From NCBI GenBank assembly GCA_965203175.1, contig OZ241867.1, positions 6,336,001-6,400,000 of the forward strand: a DNA stretch of 64,000 nt, written 5' to 3'. The notes below the pieces were generated by a model, which saw only the letters and a program-made list of their open reading frames with translations, had not been told where the DNA came from and did not search any database. The DNA is from Candidatus Latescibacterota bacterium. GTDB taxonomy: Bacteria > Latescibacterota > UBA2968 > UBA8231. Both the position numbers and the translations under genes were made by a program. This document shows positions 49,121-58,631 of this stretch, in pieces (the first letter of the stretch is position 1; each line of letters begins with the position of its first letter).

Positions 49121-50713
49121 TCAAGCGCCTGGAGAACTCGTAGTCAATCTCGACTGCGAATCGCCTTTCGCCACCCTCAGAAACAGCGACAAAACCATCG
49201 ACAGCGCTACAACCACCACACCGATCGTGAACACATCTCCCACGGCCTCGGCCAGCGCAGAGTGGAGCGTGTTCAGCAGTGCGTCCGCCATCTGAGTCTC
49301 CGCGAATTCAGCTCTCAGCACGTCCAAGGCGGCCGGATCGATAAGTACCCTCGGGTTGTCCTTGATGGCGTCCAACCGACCCGGGCCAAGTGCAGCCCTG
49401 ACTGTATCGGAAACAGCCTCTTCCACTCGCGCAGAGAATCTATGCGTCATCACAACGCCCAGCACGGCCAGTCCCAGCGTACCGCCCATCAGCCTGTAGA
49501 ACTGAAGCGCCGCAGTAGCAGTGCCCACGAGCCGGAACGGCACCGCGTTCTGAATGGCGAGGTTGAATGTGGCCAGTACGCCGCCAAGCCCAAGCGCCAT
49601 GATCACAACGCATCCCACGGCCATGGAGGAACTGGTATTCGCGTTCATGGTAGAGATGAGGTACATGCCTAGTGCCATCAATCCCGTACTAATCAGCGCC
49701 TGTCGTCGGAAGCGTCCGTCCCTTCTGGCGAGCATTTGCCCCGACACTATCGCGCCAAAGACGATACCAAGTATCAAAGGGGTAAGGAAACCGCCACTGC
49801 TAGTAGGCGAGGCACCCAAGACTCCCTGGAAGAAGAGCGGTAGAAAAACAATAGTTCCATACAGTCCAAAGCCAGCGAGAAACGCAACTGTCGTCGATAC
49901 GGCAACCACTCTGAACTTGTATATCTCGAAAGGCATAATAGGAGAAACCGCTTTCGACTCTACGATTGCGAATATCGCCGTCATAACCAAGCCGAATGCC
50001 AAGAAGCCGATAACCTGCGGCGTATCCCACGCATAGTAAACGCCTACTATGGACAATGCGAGCAGTATGGGTACTACGGAGAGTATCAGAGTTACCATGC
50101 CAAGATAGTCTAAACTTCGGTTCTGGACCTCGGGCCTGATCGGCGGAAAAGTCCGCATGATCAACAGTAGAATCGGAATCCCGATTGGAATATTGATGAA
50201 GAATATCCAGTTCCATGAAAGCACATCCGTAATGATACCTCCCAGAGTCGGTCCGATAACCGAAGCTACCCCGTACACGAGACTTATTAATCCTTGATAC
50301 CTGCCCCGAACTTCAGGCGGAAACAGATCGGCAGTTACCAAAAATCCGTACGCCATAATAGTCCCACCGCCAATCCCCTGTATAGCGCGAAAGGCGATGA
50401 GCTGATTCATGGTCTGACTCATGCCTGCCAGTATAGAGCCGCCGATGAAGACCACTATGCCTAGGACTAAGAAAACCTTGCGCCCGTACAAATCGGTTAG
50501 CCGCCCCACAATCGGGATCGACACCGTGGCCGCGACTAGGTATGCGGTCGCAGCCCACGTATAGCGGTCAAAGCCGCCGAGGTCTGCGATGATGACCGGC
50601 AGCGCAGTGGCGACGACGGTCTGACCCAGCGCAGCCATAAACATCGCCAGCATCACGCCCAACATCGTCAGCATCACCTGTTTTGCGGGAAGTTGTACGA
50701 AGTCTTTTTCCAT
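49121..50713 (-). CDS. DHA2 (EmrB/QacA) MFS efflux pump
   Basis: QTVVATALP, GRLTDLYGRK, RAIQGIGGG, GPTLGG, WIFFINIPIG. Confidence 0.92.
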   Translation of the reverse strand: MEKDFVQLPAKQVMLTMLGVMLAMFMAALGQTVVATALPVIIADLGGFDRYTWAATAYLVAATVSIPIVGRLTDLYGRKVFLVLGIVVFIGGSILAGMSQTMNQLIAFRAIQGIGGGTIMAYGFLVTADLFPPEVRGRYQGLISLVYGVASVIGPTLGGIITDVLSWNWIFFINIPIGIPILLLIMRTFPPIRPEVQNRSLDYLGMVTLILSVVPILLALSIVGVYYAWDTPQVIGFLAFGLVMTAIFAIVESKAVSPIMPFEIYKFRVVAVSTTVAFLAGFGLYGTIVFLPLFFQGVLGASPTSSGGFLTPLILGIVFGAIVSGQMLARRDGRFRRQALISTGLMALGMYLISTMNANTSSSMAVGCVVIMALGLGGVLATFNLAIQNAVPFRLVGTATAALQFYRLMGGTLGLAVLGVVMTHRFSARVEEAVSDTVRAALGPGRLDAIKDNPRVLIDPAALDVLRAEFAETQMADALLNTLHSALAEAVGDVFTIGVVVVALSMVLSLFLRVAKGDSQSRLTTSSPGA

Positions 50714-50840
50714 ACTTATGGATTGTCAATTATATAAAAATTCTCTATATCCATCAGACCCAGTCTCTACTTCTACCGCTAGGTGCCAACAGTAGAGCTG
50801 ATAGACTCTCGCGGAGAGCTAGGTCGAAAGGAGAACGGCG

Positions 50841-52616
50841 ATGCAGCGCTCCCTACTCATCTTGGTCAGCGGCCTCGTCGCCACTGCGTCGGCTCAGGCC
50901 GGCGGGCTGACCGACGTGCGGCTGACCCTGCTCGATGCCGAGGCCACGGGGTACGCCACCTTCCAGTCCCACAACCAGAAGGTGGTCGCCAACGCCCACG
51001 GTATCTTCACCACCCACATCCGATCGCGCAACGAAGCCTTCACAGCCCAGCAGTGGCACCTGTCCCGCAGCCGCGACGGCGGGGCCACCTTCGAGACCCT
51101 GTACGAGTCAGTGGATGCCACCAACGCCCCGGCGATGGAGACCGACGGCGATGGCAACCTCTACCTAGTGCGCTCCGACTTCAGCGACGGCAGCGCCAGC
51201 CTCTATCGCTTTCAAGCCAGCGACGGCTACGCGCACCCTGCCGTGGCCCGCATCCCGGGGGGCAGCGCCGGCAAGTACTGCATGAACCTCGACGAGGCGC
51301 GGAGCCGGCTCTACTACTTCACCTGGGGCCGTTCCCTCTTCGTCCTCGGTCTCGATGGTGCCGTCCTCGAACGCCAGGAGCTGACGGTGGACGGGGCCAA
51401 CGCGGTGCCCCAGTACCCCCTGTCCTTCCTCGACCCTTCCGGCGTGCTGCACTTCGCCTGGACCACGCAAAAGCACGGAGTCTATCTGTACTGGGACATC
51501 CACTACATGGCCTCCGACGACGGAGCGCTAAGCTGGCGGCGCATGGACGGCACGCCGCTGCCGATACCGCTGCCGACTGACGACAGCGGCCCCAGCGACC
51601 GCATCACCCTCGACGACGAGTTCGAGGTGCATTCCTGGCTGTCGAACCTGCTGGTGAAGGACGGCAAAGCGCACTTCGCCTATGCGGCCCTGACCCCCAC
51701 TTGGCGGCAACACTACGTGCGCTACGACCTAACCACAGCGGCGCGGGACATCGACCTGAACCCCATTTTCGAGGGGGAGGAGGTCCGCCTCGCCAGCCTG
51801 GATGGCTTCTTCGCCAGCCGCGCCGATCTGCCGGAGGCCCCCCTCTACTACGTGTCGAGTGCCGGGGGACGCTTGGGATGCCTAGCCAGCGATGACAACG
51901 GCGAGACCTGGTACGACTACGCTCTGTCCGAGGAGAGCTTCAATCCCTACTCCATCGGCGGGTCCCGCGAGCTGACCGCCGACGGCGCGATCGTCGGCAC
52001 CTTCACCGACTTCCGGGTGACGGAGGGCCGCGACCTCTCTCAGGTCCACTTCTTCCGCATCCAAGCTGGCCTGTCGCGGGCTCGGCTCGAGATCGAGAAA
52101 GGCACCGACGGTCGCCTGGTCCTGCGCTTCCACGAGGTGCGGGGCCGACCCGAGGCGGTGCGCTTCCGCGCCGCATCCGGCCAGTGGGGGAAGTGGCAGT
52201 CCTTCGCCGAGGTCATGGAGGCGGACCCCGGCGAGTTCCCGACCCATTTCCAGTTGCGCAGTCACCTCGGGGTCGAGTCGTCGATCTTCGCGGTGGAATT
52301 CGCCACCGCCATAGGAGAGATCGCCGCGGTCTCCGCAGAGTTCGACCTAGCGCAAAACGCTCCCAACCCCTTCAACGCCCGGACCACCATTGGCTTTAGC
52401 CTACCGGAGTCCGCCGCCTGCCATCTGTCCATCTTCGACCTGCGCGGGCGTCGGGTGCGGGATCTGTTAGCCCAGGCAAGCTTGCCTCCGGGACGGCACC
52501 AAGTGGCCTGGAACGGAACGAACGACGCCGGCAGCAAGGTGGCCTCCGGCGTCTATTTTTACCGGCTGCGCGCCGGCTCAGAAAGCCGCATCCGGCGGCT
52601 CGTGCTGGCGAAGTAA
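50841..52616 (+). CDS. Secreted BNR/Asp-box beta-propeller protein with C-terminal FlgD-Ig / T9SS-CTD-like domain
   Basis: Signal peptide; SRDGGATF, SDDGALSW, SDDNGETW; LAQNAPNPFNARTTI...WNGTNDAG..VASGVYFYRL. Confidence 0.85.
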   Translation: MQRSLLILVSGLVATASAQAGGLTDVRLTLLDAEATGYATFQSHNQKVVANAHGIFTTHIRSRNEAFTAQQWHLSRSRDGGATFETLYESVDATNAPAMETDGDGNLYLVRSDFSDGSASLYRFQASDGYAHPAVARIPGGSAGKYCMNLDEARSRLYYFTWGRSLFVLGLDGAVLERQELTVDGANAVPQYPLSFLDPSGVLHFAWTTQKHGVYLYWDIHYMASDDGALSWRRMDGTPLPIPLPTDDSGPSDRITLDDEFEVHSWLSNLLVKDGKAHFAYAALTPTWRQHYVRYDLTTAARDIDLNPIFEGEEVRLASLDGFFASRADLPEAPLYYVSSAGGRLGCLASDDNGETWYDYALSEESFNPYSIGGSRELTADGAIVGTFTDFRVTEGRDLSQVHFFRIQAGLSRARLEIEKGTDGRLVLRFHEVRGRPEAVRFRAASGQWGKWQSFAEVMEADPGEFPTHFQLRSHLGVESSIFAVEFATAIGEIAAVSAEFDLAQNAPNPFNARTTIGFSLPESAACHLSIFDLRGRRVRDLLAQASLPPGRHQVAWNGTNDAGSKVASGVYFYRLRAGSESRIRRLVLAK

Positions 52617-52619
52617 CAC

Positions 52620-53897
52620 CTACACGAACTTCGGCCCGCCGCAGCCGTCGTTGACCACGTGGCTGCGCACTGGAATCGCCGCTTGGTCGGGAATGACTAA
52701 TTCGAGCGGCGAATCATTCTCAATGACAGTGCCAGCCCCCACGCGCACCCCAGCCCCCAATTTAATCGCTCCGGGCCGCGCAGTCCGCGCTATAATCGTA
52801 CCGATAGATACCGACACGCCGATCCGGCAATCTGGGCCAATCGCGACGATGCCGTTGATTTCGGTGTTGGCTCCAATCGCCGTGCGGTCGCCCGCCTGCA
52901 CGGGACCGAAAATCCCGGCATCCGTGCCAATAAACACGTAATCGCCAATGATGGGATGGCGTTGCTGCACCTTGCCGCTGAGGCCGCCCAAAGTACACGG
53001 GTAAATGTGGCACCCGCTGCCGATAATACCCGTCTGTCCAGTAGTTATGCCGCGATGGGGATGGTCGAGGAAGTTGGCATCGCCGATCTGCGTTTCGGGA
53101 TGGATATCCGCCTGATAGTAGCGTCCCCCCAACTCGGAAATGGCCCGTGGCAGCAAGGGCACCGGTCGCCGCGTCAGTTCGGATTCGCCGGCCACCGAGC
53201 CGGAGCGCGTTAGGGCGTGGGCAATGTCGTGGTAGAACAGCACCCGCCACCCTGGATAGGTGCTCATCACGAGCTGCATCTGATAGTCGAAAATGAAGTC
53301 GCACTCCAGCTCACTGAGGAAACGGCGATAGTGGTCGAAGTCGCGGCGGCGAATGGTCTCGTCCAAGGCGGCCCGGAAGTCGATCTTGAGTAGCTGGTCG
53401 TGCGTCAACCCACAATTGTCGAGCAAATAGGCGTCCCAAACGGCCGGATCCCTAAGCGCGGCAAAGCGGTTCCAGTGAGCGCGGACCTTGTAGTCGGGCA
53501 ATTCCCACAGCAAGCAGATGGTGTTCATCAGGGCCTTCTCTTCAACGCCTTCGCTCTCGCCGGCCGCTAGGAGCGACTGCGCGATCATCGCGTAGAGCTG
53601 GTCGGCGATCTCGCCGATGGCCTCGTCGAGCGACGGGTTTTGGTGCCCCGGCCCCAGGGCATTGTGCGAGCCAGGAGCGACGCATTCGAGCAAGTTGCCC
53701 AACACCGTCTCCAGCAGGTCGCGATTGACAAACCCGCGCCCAGAACGCTGCGAGAGAATGTCCCGATCAACCGCGTCGATGCGCAGCGCGGCGACCTCCT
53801 CTGCGGTGTAGATTGGCACCAACCGCTTCAGCAGCCGCTCTAGCAATGCCCACTTGCGGCGCTGATACGAAGTGTCAAAAAGCGTGGAATTGTTCAT
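52620..53897 (-). CDS. Serine O-acetyltransferase-like (CysE) protein with long N-terminal extension
   Basis: STYPG, DIHPETQIG, LDH, TLGG, RHPIIGD, hexapeptide repeats. Confidence 0.7.
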   Translation of the reverse strand: MNNSTLFDTSYQRRKWALLERLLKRLVPIYTAEEVAALRIDAVDRDILSQRSGRGFVNRDLLETVLGNLLECVAPGSHNALGPGHQNPSLDEAIGEIADQLYAMIAQSLLAAGESEGVEEKALMNTICLLWELPDYKVRAHWNRFAALRDPAVWDAYLLDNCGLTHDQLLKIDFRAALDETIRRRDFDHYRRFLSELECDFIFDYQMQLVMSTYPGWRVLFYHDIAHALTRSGSVAGESELTRRPVPLLPRAISELGGRYYQADIHPETQIGDANFLDHPHRGITTGQTGIIGSGCHIYPCTLGGLSGKVQQRHPIIGDYVFIGTDAGIFGPVQAGDRTAIGANTEINGIVAIGPDCRIGVSVSIGTIIARTARPGAIKLGAGVRVGAGTVIENDSPLELVIPDQAAIPVRSHVVNDGCGGPKFV

Positions 53898-53991
53898 CGT
53901 TTGCTCCCCATTCTGCCTCCTTATAACTTTTACCGAAACTTACAGAACACGCGCCGGGTTGCAACCCGGCTTCACTCTTACGGGAGAAACC

Positions 53992-54777
53992 ATGCACCCA
54001 TTTGAATCGCTAGTAGTCTGCGAAGACGCAGTCGGCATCCACTGGTTTGGCCAAAGCACGTTTGGCCTCAAGGACGCGCAGGGAACCATCGTCCAAGTCG
54101 ATCCCTACTACCCCCACGAGCGGCCGGCCGACCGCTTCATCCACGCCCGCCCCCCGCTACACGAAGCATCGCTGCACACGGATTTCGTACTCCTGACCCA
54201 CGACCACGGCGACCACACCTGCACAGAGTCCATTGCGCGCATTGCCGCGGCCTATCCAGAAGTACAAATTGTCGGCCCGGCAGAAAGCATCCAGCGCGTC
54301 CGCGACGCGGGCATTACGGCCGCAGCAACGACGGTTGCCGCTGGTGACGCAGCCAGCCTAGGCATCATGACGGCCCACGCGGTGTACGCCAAGCCCCCAG
54401 AGGGCCTGCCCAGCGACGACATCGCCCCGCCCGATGTAACCCACCTCGGCTACGTGGTGGAGGCCGGCGGCGTGCGCGTGTACATCTCTGGCGACCCGGT
54501 CAACACGTTCGCCGAGCACGAAGCATTGCTCGCGCCCATCCGCGACCTCGCGCCCGACATCGGGCTGCTGACCAATCACCCCAGCGAAGGAGAATTCCCC
54601 TTCTTTGCCGGCTCGGCCAAGATGGCCTCGGCGCTCGGCCTCAAGGCCGCCGTACCGGCCCATTACGCCTGCTTTGTCGCCCGCAACTACGATCCCCAAG
54701 AATGGGCAGCTACGCTCGTCGAAGTCGAGCCGATAATTATTCCGTACAATCAATCCACCGTCTATTCGCCCCGCTAG
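53992..54777 (+). CDS. MBL-fold hydrolase (UlaG-like)
   Basis: HWFGQSTF, VDPY, LTHDHGDH, YISGD, VPAHY. Confidence 0.87.
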   Translation: MHPFESLVVCEDAVGIHWFGQSTFGLKDAQGTIVQVDPYYPHERPADRFIHARPPLHEASLHTDFVLLTHDHGDHTCTESIARIAAAYPEVQIVGPAESIQRVRDAGITAAATTVAAGDAASLGIMTAHAVYAKPPEGLPSDDIAPPDVTHLGYVVEAGGVRVYISGDPVNTFAEHEALLAPIRDLAPDIGLLTNHPSEGEFPFFAGSAKMASALGLKAAVPAHYACFVARNYDPQEWAATLVEVEPIIIPYNQSTVYSPR

Positions 54778-54893
54778 CGCCCATAACAGACGTGTTGATT
54801 TTCTCATCTTTGTTTGTTTATAATTATGAACATCGCCTAACGCGCCAAGGATTTCCACCTAGGCGTTCACTTCAAACGCAAGGAGTATCAAGT

Positions 54894-55841
54894 ATGCGGC
54901 GATTCACAATCGCAGGCGTTTTTAGCCTCGCCCTCGTGGGGATGGCGAATGCCCAATTTTTCGATCCCCCCGCCCTAGCGGATCGCAACGGCAGTCAGGG
55001 GTTTTGGTTTTACATGCTCGAAGTCCCCGATCCCGGTGCTATCACCATTGACGGACATAGTGACGACTGGGCTTGGTTCGACCCTGAGTACACTTTGACC
55101 ATGGACGAGTGGCGCGACGAAGCCGACCGACCGGCTCCCGACCGCGATGACCTGTTCATCACCACCTTCATGGGTTGGAAAGGCGGCGACGACAACCGCT
55201 GGTACTGCTTCTTGGAAGCGGTTGACGATGTGCTGGCGCACGCCGGCACGAACGTCGCACGCTGGGATGGCGACATGCTGCAGGTCGGCCTCGATCCGCA
55301 GGATCACGGGCGCGAGCGCAGCCCGGCCTCGGGCTACACCATGGAGTGGCTGATGGCACCGGGTGACCTCAGCCCGCCGACCAACGTCGCTTTCCGCTAC
55401 ACCGAGCAAGAGGCGTGGGCCGAGTACGGCGAATCGCCGTGGATCGAAATGGTCGTGCGCGTTGATCCACCCGAAGCCTGGGCGGCCGACCTGTGGGCCG
55501 AGGGCGGCACCACGTACTACGAGTGGAGCGTCAAGGTCCTCGCCTTCCAAGAGGACGCTGGTCCGTCGGCGAGCGAGGTGTGGCAGCTAGACGCAGTGGC
55601 CGGCGAAGACGGCTCGGGCCTGCCTTTCGCCATGTGGTACGAAGACGGCGAAGGCCCGGATTCGAGCTTCTCGCCCAACGAAGACGGCACCCCGGGCGGC
55701 CGCAACGACTGGACCACCCGCGGCCCCGAGGCCTCGTCTCGGCAGTACTACTCCATTGCCAAGCTGTTGCGCATCGGCGAGTACTCCAGCCCCACTGCAG
55801 TCGAGTCATCGACTTGGGGCAAGATCAAGGACTCGTTCTAA
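54894..55841 (+). CDS. Secreted CBM9/DOMON-like protein with C-terminal PTAVE..TWGKIK tail
   Basis: AAGGAG SD, signal peptide (ANA-Q), ITIDGHSDDW, ends PTAVESSTWGKIKDSF. Confidence 0.75.
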   Translation: MRRFTIAGVFSLALVGMANAQFFDPPALADRNGSQGFWFYMLEVPDPGAITIDGHSDDWAWFDPEYTLTMDEWRDEADRPAPDRDDLFITTFMGWKGGDDNRWYCFLEAVDDVLAHAGTNVARWDGDMLQVGLDPQDHGRERSPASGYTMEWLMAPGDLSPPTNVAFRYTEQEAWAEYGESPWIEMVVRVDPPEAWAADLWAEGGTTYYEWSVKVLAFQEDAGPSASEVWQLDAVAGEDGSGLPFAMWYEDGEGPDSSFSPNEDGTPGGRNDWTTRGPEASSRQYYSIAKLLRIGEYSSPTAVESSTWGKIKDSF

Positions 55842-55868
55842 ACACAAGGCGACCAACCGGTCGTTAAT

Positions 55869-55898
55869 CGTAGGGGCGACCGACCGGTCGCCCCTACG
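55869..55898. repeat. REP-like palindrome / terminator
   Basis: CGTAGGGGCGACCG-AC-CGGTCGCCCCTACG with GTAG end motif; partial copy GGCGACCAACCGGTCG at 55848-55863; followed by TTTTT. Confidence 0.7.
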
Positions 55899-55918
55899 TC
55901 ATTTTTAGGGGTTGCACT

Positions 55919-56629
55919 GTGCACAAACTCTGGGCTTGGTCCTTATTGTTGATCCTGCTGGCGGGGGCTTGCGGCCGCTACTTTCACACGCCGCTCCAGC
56001 CCGCTAACCTCCAAGCCGAGGGCATGACCGTCAACGACGACGGGTCCATCACCTACGCCCTCGACCGCCTGTCGATTGAGCTCAAGCCCATGACGGACGC
56101 GGAATTAAACCGCCTCGCCCCGGGACCAGATCTGGCCAACAACCCCTATACCTTTGGCGAGTGGACCGCTCCGGGCGACGAGTGGACACCGCCGCGATTT
56201 ACCGTCTTTCGGCTCAGGGTCAACAACTATCAATTTCCCAAGGTCAAGCTCGACCCGCTTAACGCGCATATTACCACGGCCAATACCCGGCAGTACGCGG
56301 CGCTGAGCTACGCCCAGTTATACCAGTATTTTCGCTCGTATTGGATGGGCCGCACCGGCCAAGGGCGCAAGACCTTCCAAGCCCGCACCGACGCGCTCAA
56401 GCGGACGCTGTACAGCGGGGCCATGGTCTTCAGTGGCAGCGAAGAACAGGGATTTTTGGTTTTTCCCGTCCTCGACGACGATGTCCGCACGATCCAGGTG
56501 CACATCGAAAACATCGTCTTGCGCTTCGACTATGCCGATTCCCCCATAGAGGCGATTGACCTGAGCTTCTCCTTCCAGCGCGACACCCTGCAAGGGCATG
56601 ATCCCTCGACCGCAGCGCGGATCAACTGA
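55919..56629 (+). CDS. Hypothetical lipoprotein
   Basis: LAGAC lipobox; stop overlaps the next start (TGATG). Confidence 0.75.
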   Translation: MHKLWAWSLLLILLAGACGRYFHTPLQPANLQAEGMTVNDDGSITYALDRLSIELKPMTDAELNRLAPGPDLANNPYTFGEWTAPGDEWTPPRFTVFRLRVNNYQFPKVKLDPLNAHITTANTRQYAALSYAQLYQYFRSYWMGRTGQGRKTFQARTDALKRTLYSGAMVFSGSEEQGFLVFPVLDDDVRTIQVHIENIVLRFDYADSPIEAIDLSFSFQRDTLQGHDPSTAARIN

Positions 56630-58617
56630 TGACTGCCCGCGCGCCCAGATTCCTCATCGGCGCCGTCCTAGTAGTCCTCGGGGGGCTAGCGCCGAGCGAT
56701 GCGCAAGTCGAGGTATGGCGTATCGGTAAGGGAGGGCTTACGTGGGTCTCGCAGGCCGAGACGCAAATCGGCGCACTAGACGTCGGCGGTGCCCTGCAAC
56801 CCTTAGAGCTTCAAGCCGGGGAAAACCTCATCGAGTTGCTTCGCGCTTCGGGCCAACGCTTTCTCAACGGCCAACCCCGCGACTTCACCCTCGGCGGCCA
56901 GCCACGAGCGTGGTCCAACGACGGCTTCTTCAACCAAGTCTCCGGCCCCCTCGACCTGATTGACGGCGATCCCGCGACCTCATCGTCGGGCGTGTTCAAG
57001 ACCGCACAAAGCCAAGCCGGGGCAAAGTTCTTCTGGGACTTGGGCGCGCCCTTCCCAGTCAACCGCATTCGTTTCTTTCCCACTCCCGGCGATGACGCCT
57101 TTGTCAAAGCCTTTGAACTACTGATCAACGACGGCGAAAACTTCAACAACATCAACCGGCCGCAATACGAGACCTTGCGGCGGATAGAAGTCAACCGCGA
57201 ATCCACCGTAGACATTGAATTTGCGCCCTTGCAGGGTCGCTTCCTCCAGCTACTCGTACTGTCGAAAACAGTGTTCAACATCGCGGAGTTTGAAATCTAC
57301 GGGCAGGGCTTTGTACCAGTCGCCAGCTACGAGTCGGCGCTGCACTCCTTTGGCGGTCCGGTCAACTACGGCCGCTTGCGCGTGCATACTACGCAACTCG
57401 GAACGACCGGAGATGCGACCGCAGCCATCCAAATGCGGACCGGAGCCGACGACAGCCCGCTGGCGTACTTTCGCCGCAATCGCGACACCGGTCGCCAAGA
57501 GGAAGTAAGCGCTGCCGAGTACAACACCAACTTGCCGCGGCGCACCCTGTACCGCCAAGACCCAGACACCGGCGAACTGTTAGAAGAGCTGGACCGGGCC
57601 GACTATCTCAACCTGCCGATCGAGGAGCAAGGGCCGGTGCGCGATTTCGTCAAGGGCGACATCCGCGACGACGTGAACAACTGGAGTGCGTGGTCGCCGA
57701 GCACGAACATCACCGGCACCGGCACAATCGAAGTACCCATAGGGCTGCCCAGCCCGAGGGAATTCATGCAGTTCCGCATCTTCTTCGACGGCGACGCGGA
57801 AAACGCCGTGCGCATCGACACCTTTCAGGTCGAGTTTTCGCCCGGACTGGTCAGCGAGGCCGTCGGCGAGGTGGCTCTCGCCACTGATCCCTTTCCCGCC
57901 AGCGGCCTGCTCGAAGTCGCAGGGGGCATCGACACGACCTTTACCTACGACATCCGCACTGAGTTCGCAGAGGGCGTAGCCGGGTATCACGGCATCCGCA
58001 TCAAGGCGTTTCCGCCGCCGGTATTCGAGAGCCTGCAAATGGGCGATCCCCTCGCGGCCGTAGCAGATTTTGAATGGGAGGCAACCGACAGCGGCTTCGA
58101 CCTGTTCTTCGCGCCCGTCGCCGCCGACAACAACCAGCCCCTGCGGATCACCTTCCGTCTGCGGCTGCTGGCGCACAACACGCCGATCAACGCCTTTCTC
58201 CTCGGCGCGGGAAGCGTCCCGCCGCATCCCATCGCCCCGGGCAATGCCAGCGAATTAGTCGGCACAAACGCGACCAACGCCTTTGTAATTCAAGCACAGC
58301 CCGAGTTACAAGTAGCGCTTTCAACGGCCATCATCTCGCCCAATGGGGACGGACTCAACGATGCCGTCGCCATTGACCTCGTGTTGTCCCAATTCGTCGC
58401 AGACACCTCAGTAGCGGTCGAGGTATTCGACCTCAGCGGACGCCGCGTGCGCCAGCTAGTCTCCCAACCGCGATCGGCTGGCTTTTACTCCGAAAGCTGG
58501 GACGGCCGCGACGAACAGGGCAGCCTAGTGCCACCGGGCCTGTACCTGTGCCGCGTCGGCGTGGAGGCCGACTTCGACGTATTTGCCGCCGTAGAGCCGA
58601 TAGGGGTGGCCTATTGA
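56629..58617 (+). CDS. Secreted discoidin-like + FlgD-Ig protein (paralogue 1)
   Basis: Signal peptide, WDLGAPFPVNRIRF, IAEFEIYG, MRTGADD, WSAWS, SPNGDGLND, WDGRDEQG..VPPGLY, ends GVAY. Confidence 0.8.
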   Translation: MTARAPRFLIGAVLVVLGGLAPSDAQVEVWRIGKGGLTWVSQAETQIGALDVGGALQPLELQAGENLIELLRASGQRFLNGQPRDFTLGGQPRAWSNDGFFNQVSGPLDLIDGDPATSSSGVFKTAQSQAGAKFFWDLGAPFPVNRIRFFPTPGDDAFVKAFELLINDGENFNNINRPQYETLRRIEVNRESTVDIEFAPLQGRFLQLLVLSKTVFNIAEFEIYGQGFVPVASYESALHSFGGPVNYGRLRVHTTQLGTTGDATAAIQMRTGADDSPLAYFRRNRDTGRQEEVSAAEYNTNLPRRTLYRQDPDTGELLEELDRADYLNLPIEEQGPVRDFVKGDIRDDVNNWSAWSPSTNITGTGTIEVPIGLPSPREFMQFRIFFDGDAENAVRIDTFQVEFSPGLVSEAVGEVALATDPFPASGLLEVAGGIDTTFTYDIRTEFAEGVAGYHGIRIKAFPPPVFESLQMGDPLAAVADFEWEATDSGFDLFFAPVAADNNQPLRITFRLRLLAHNTPINAFLLGAGSVPPHPIAPGNASELVGTNATNAFVIQAQPELQVALSTAIISPNGDGLNDAVAIDLVLSQFVADTSVAVEVFDLSGRRVRQLVSQPRSAGFYSESWDGRDEQGSLVPPGLYLCRVGVEADFDVFAAVEPIGVAY

Positions 58618-58631
58618 CCGCTGCGAGCAAC

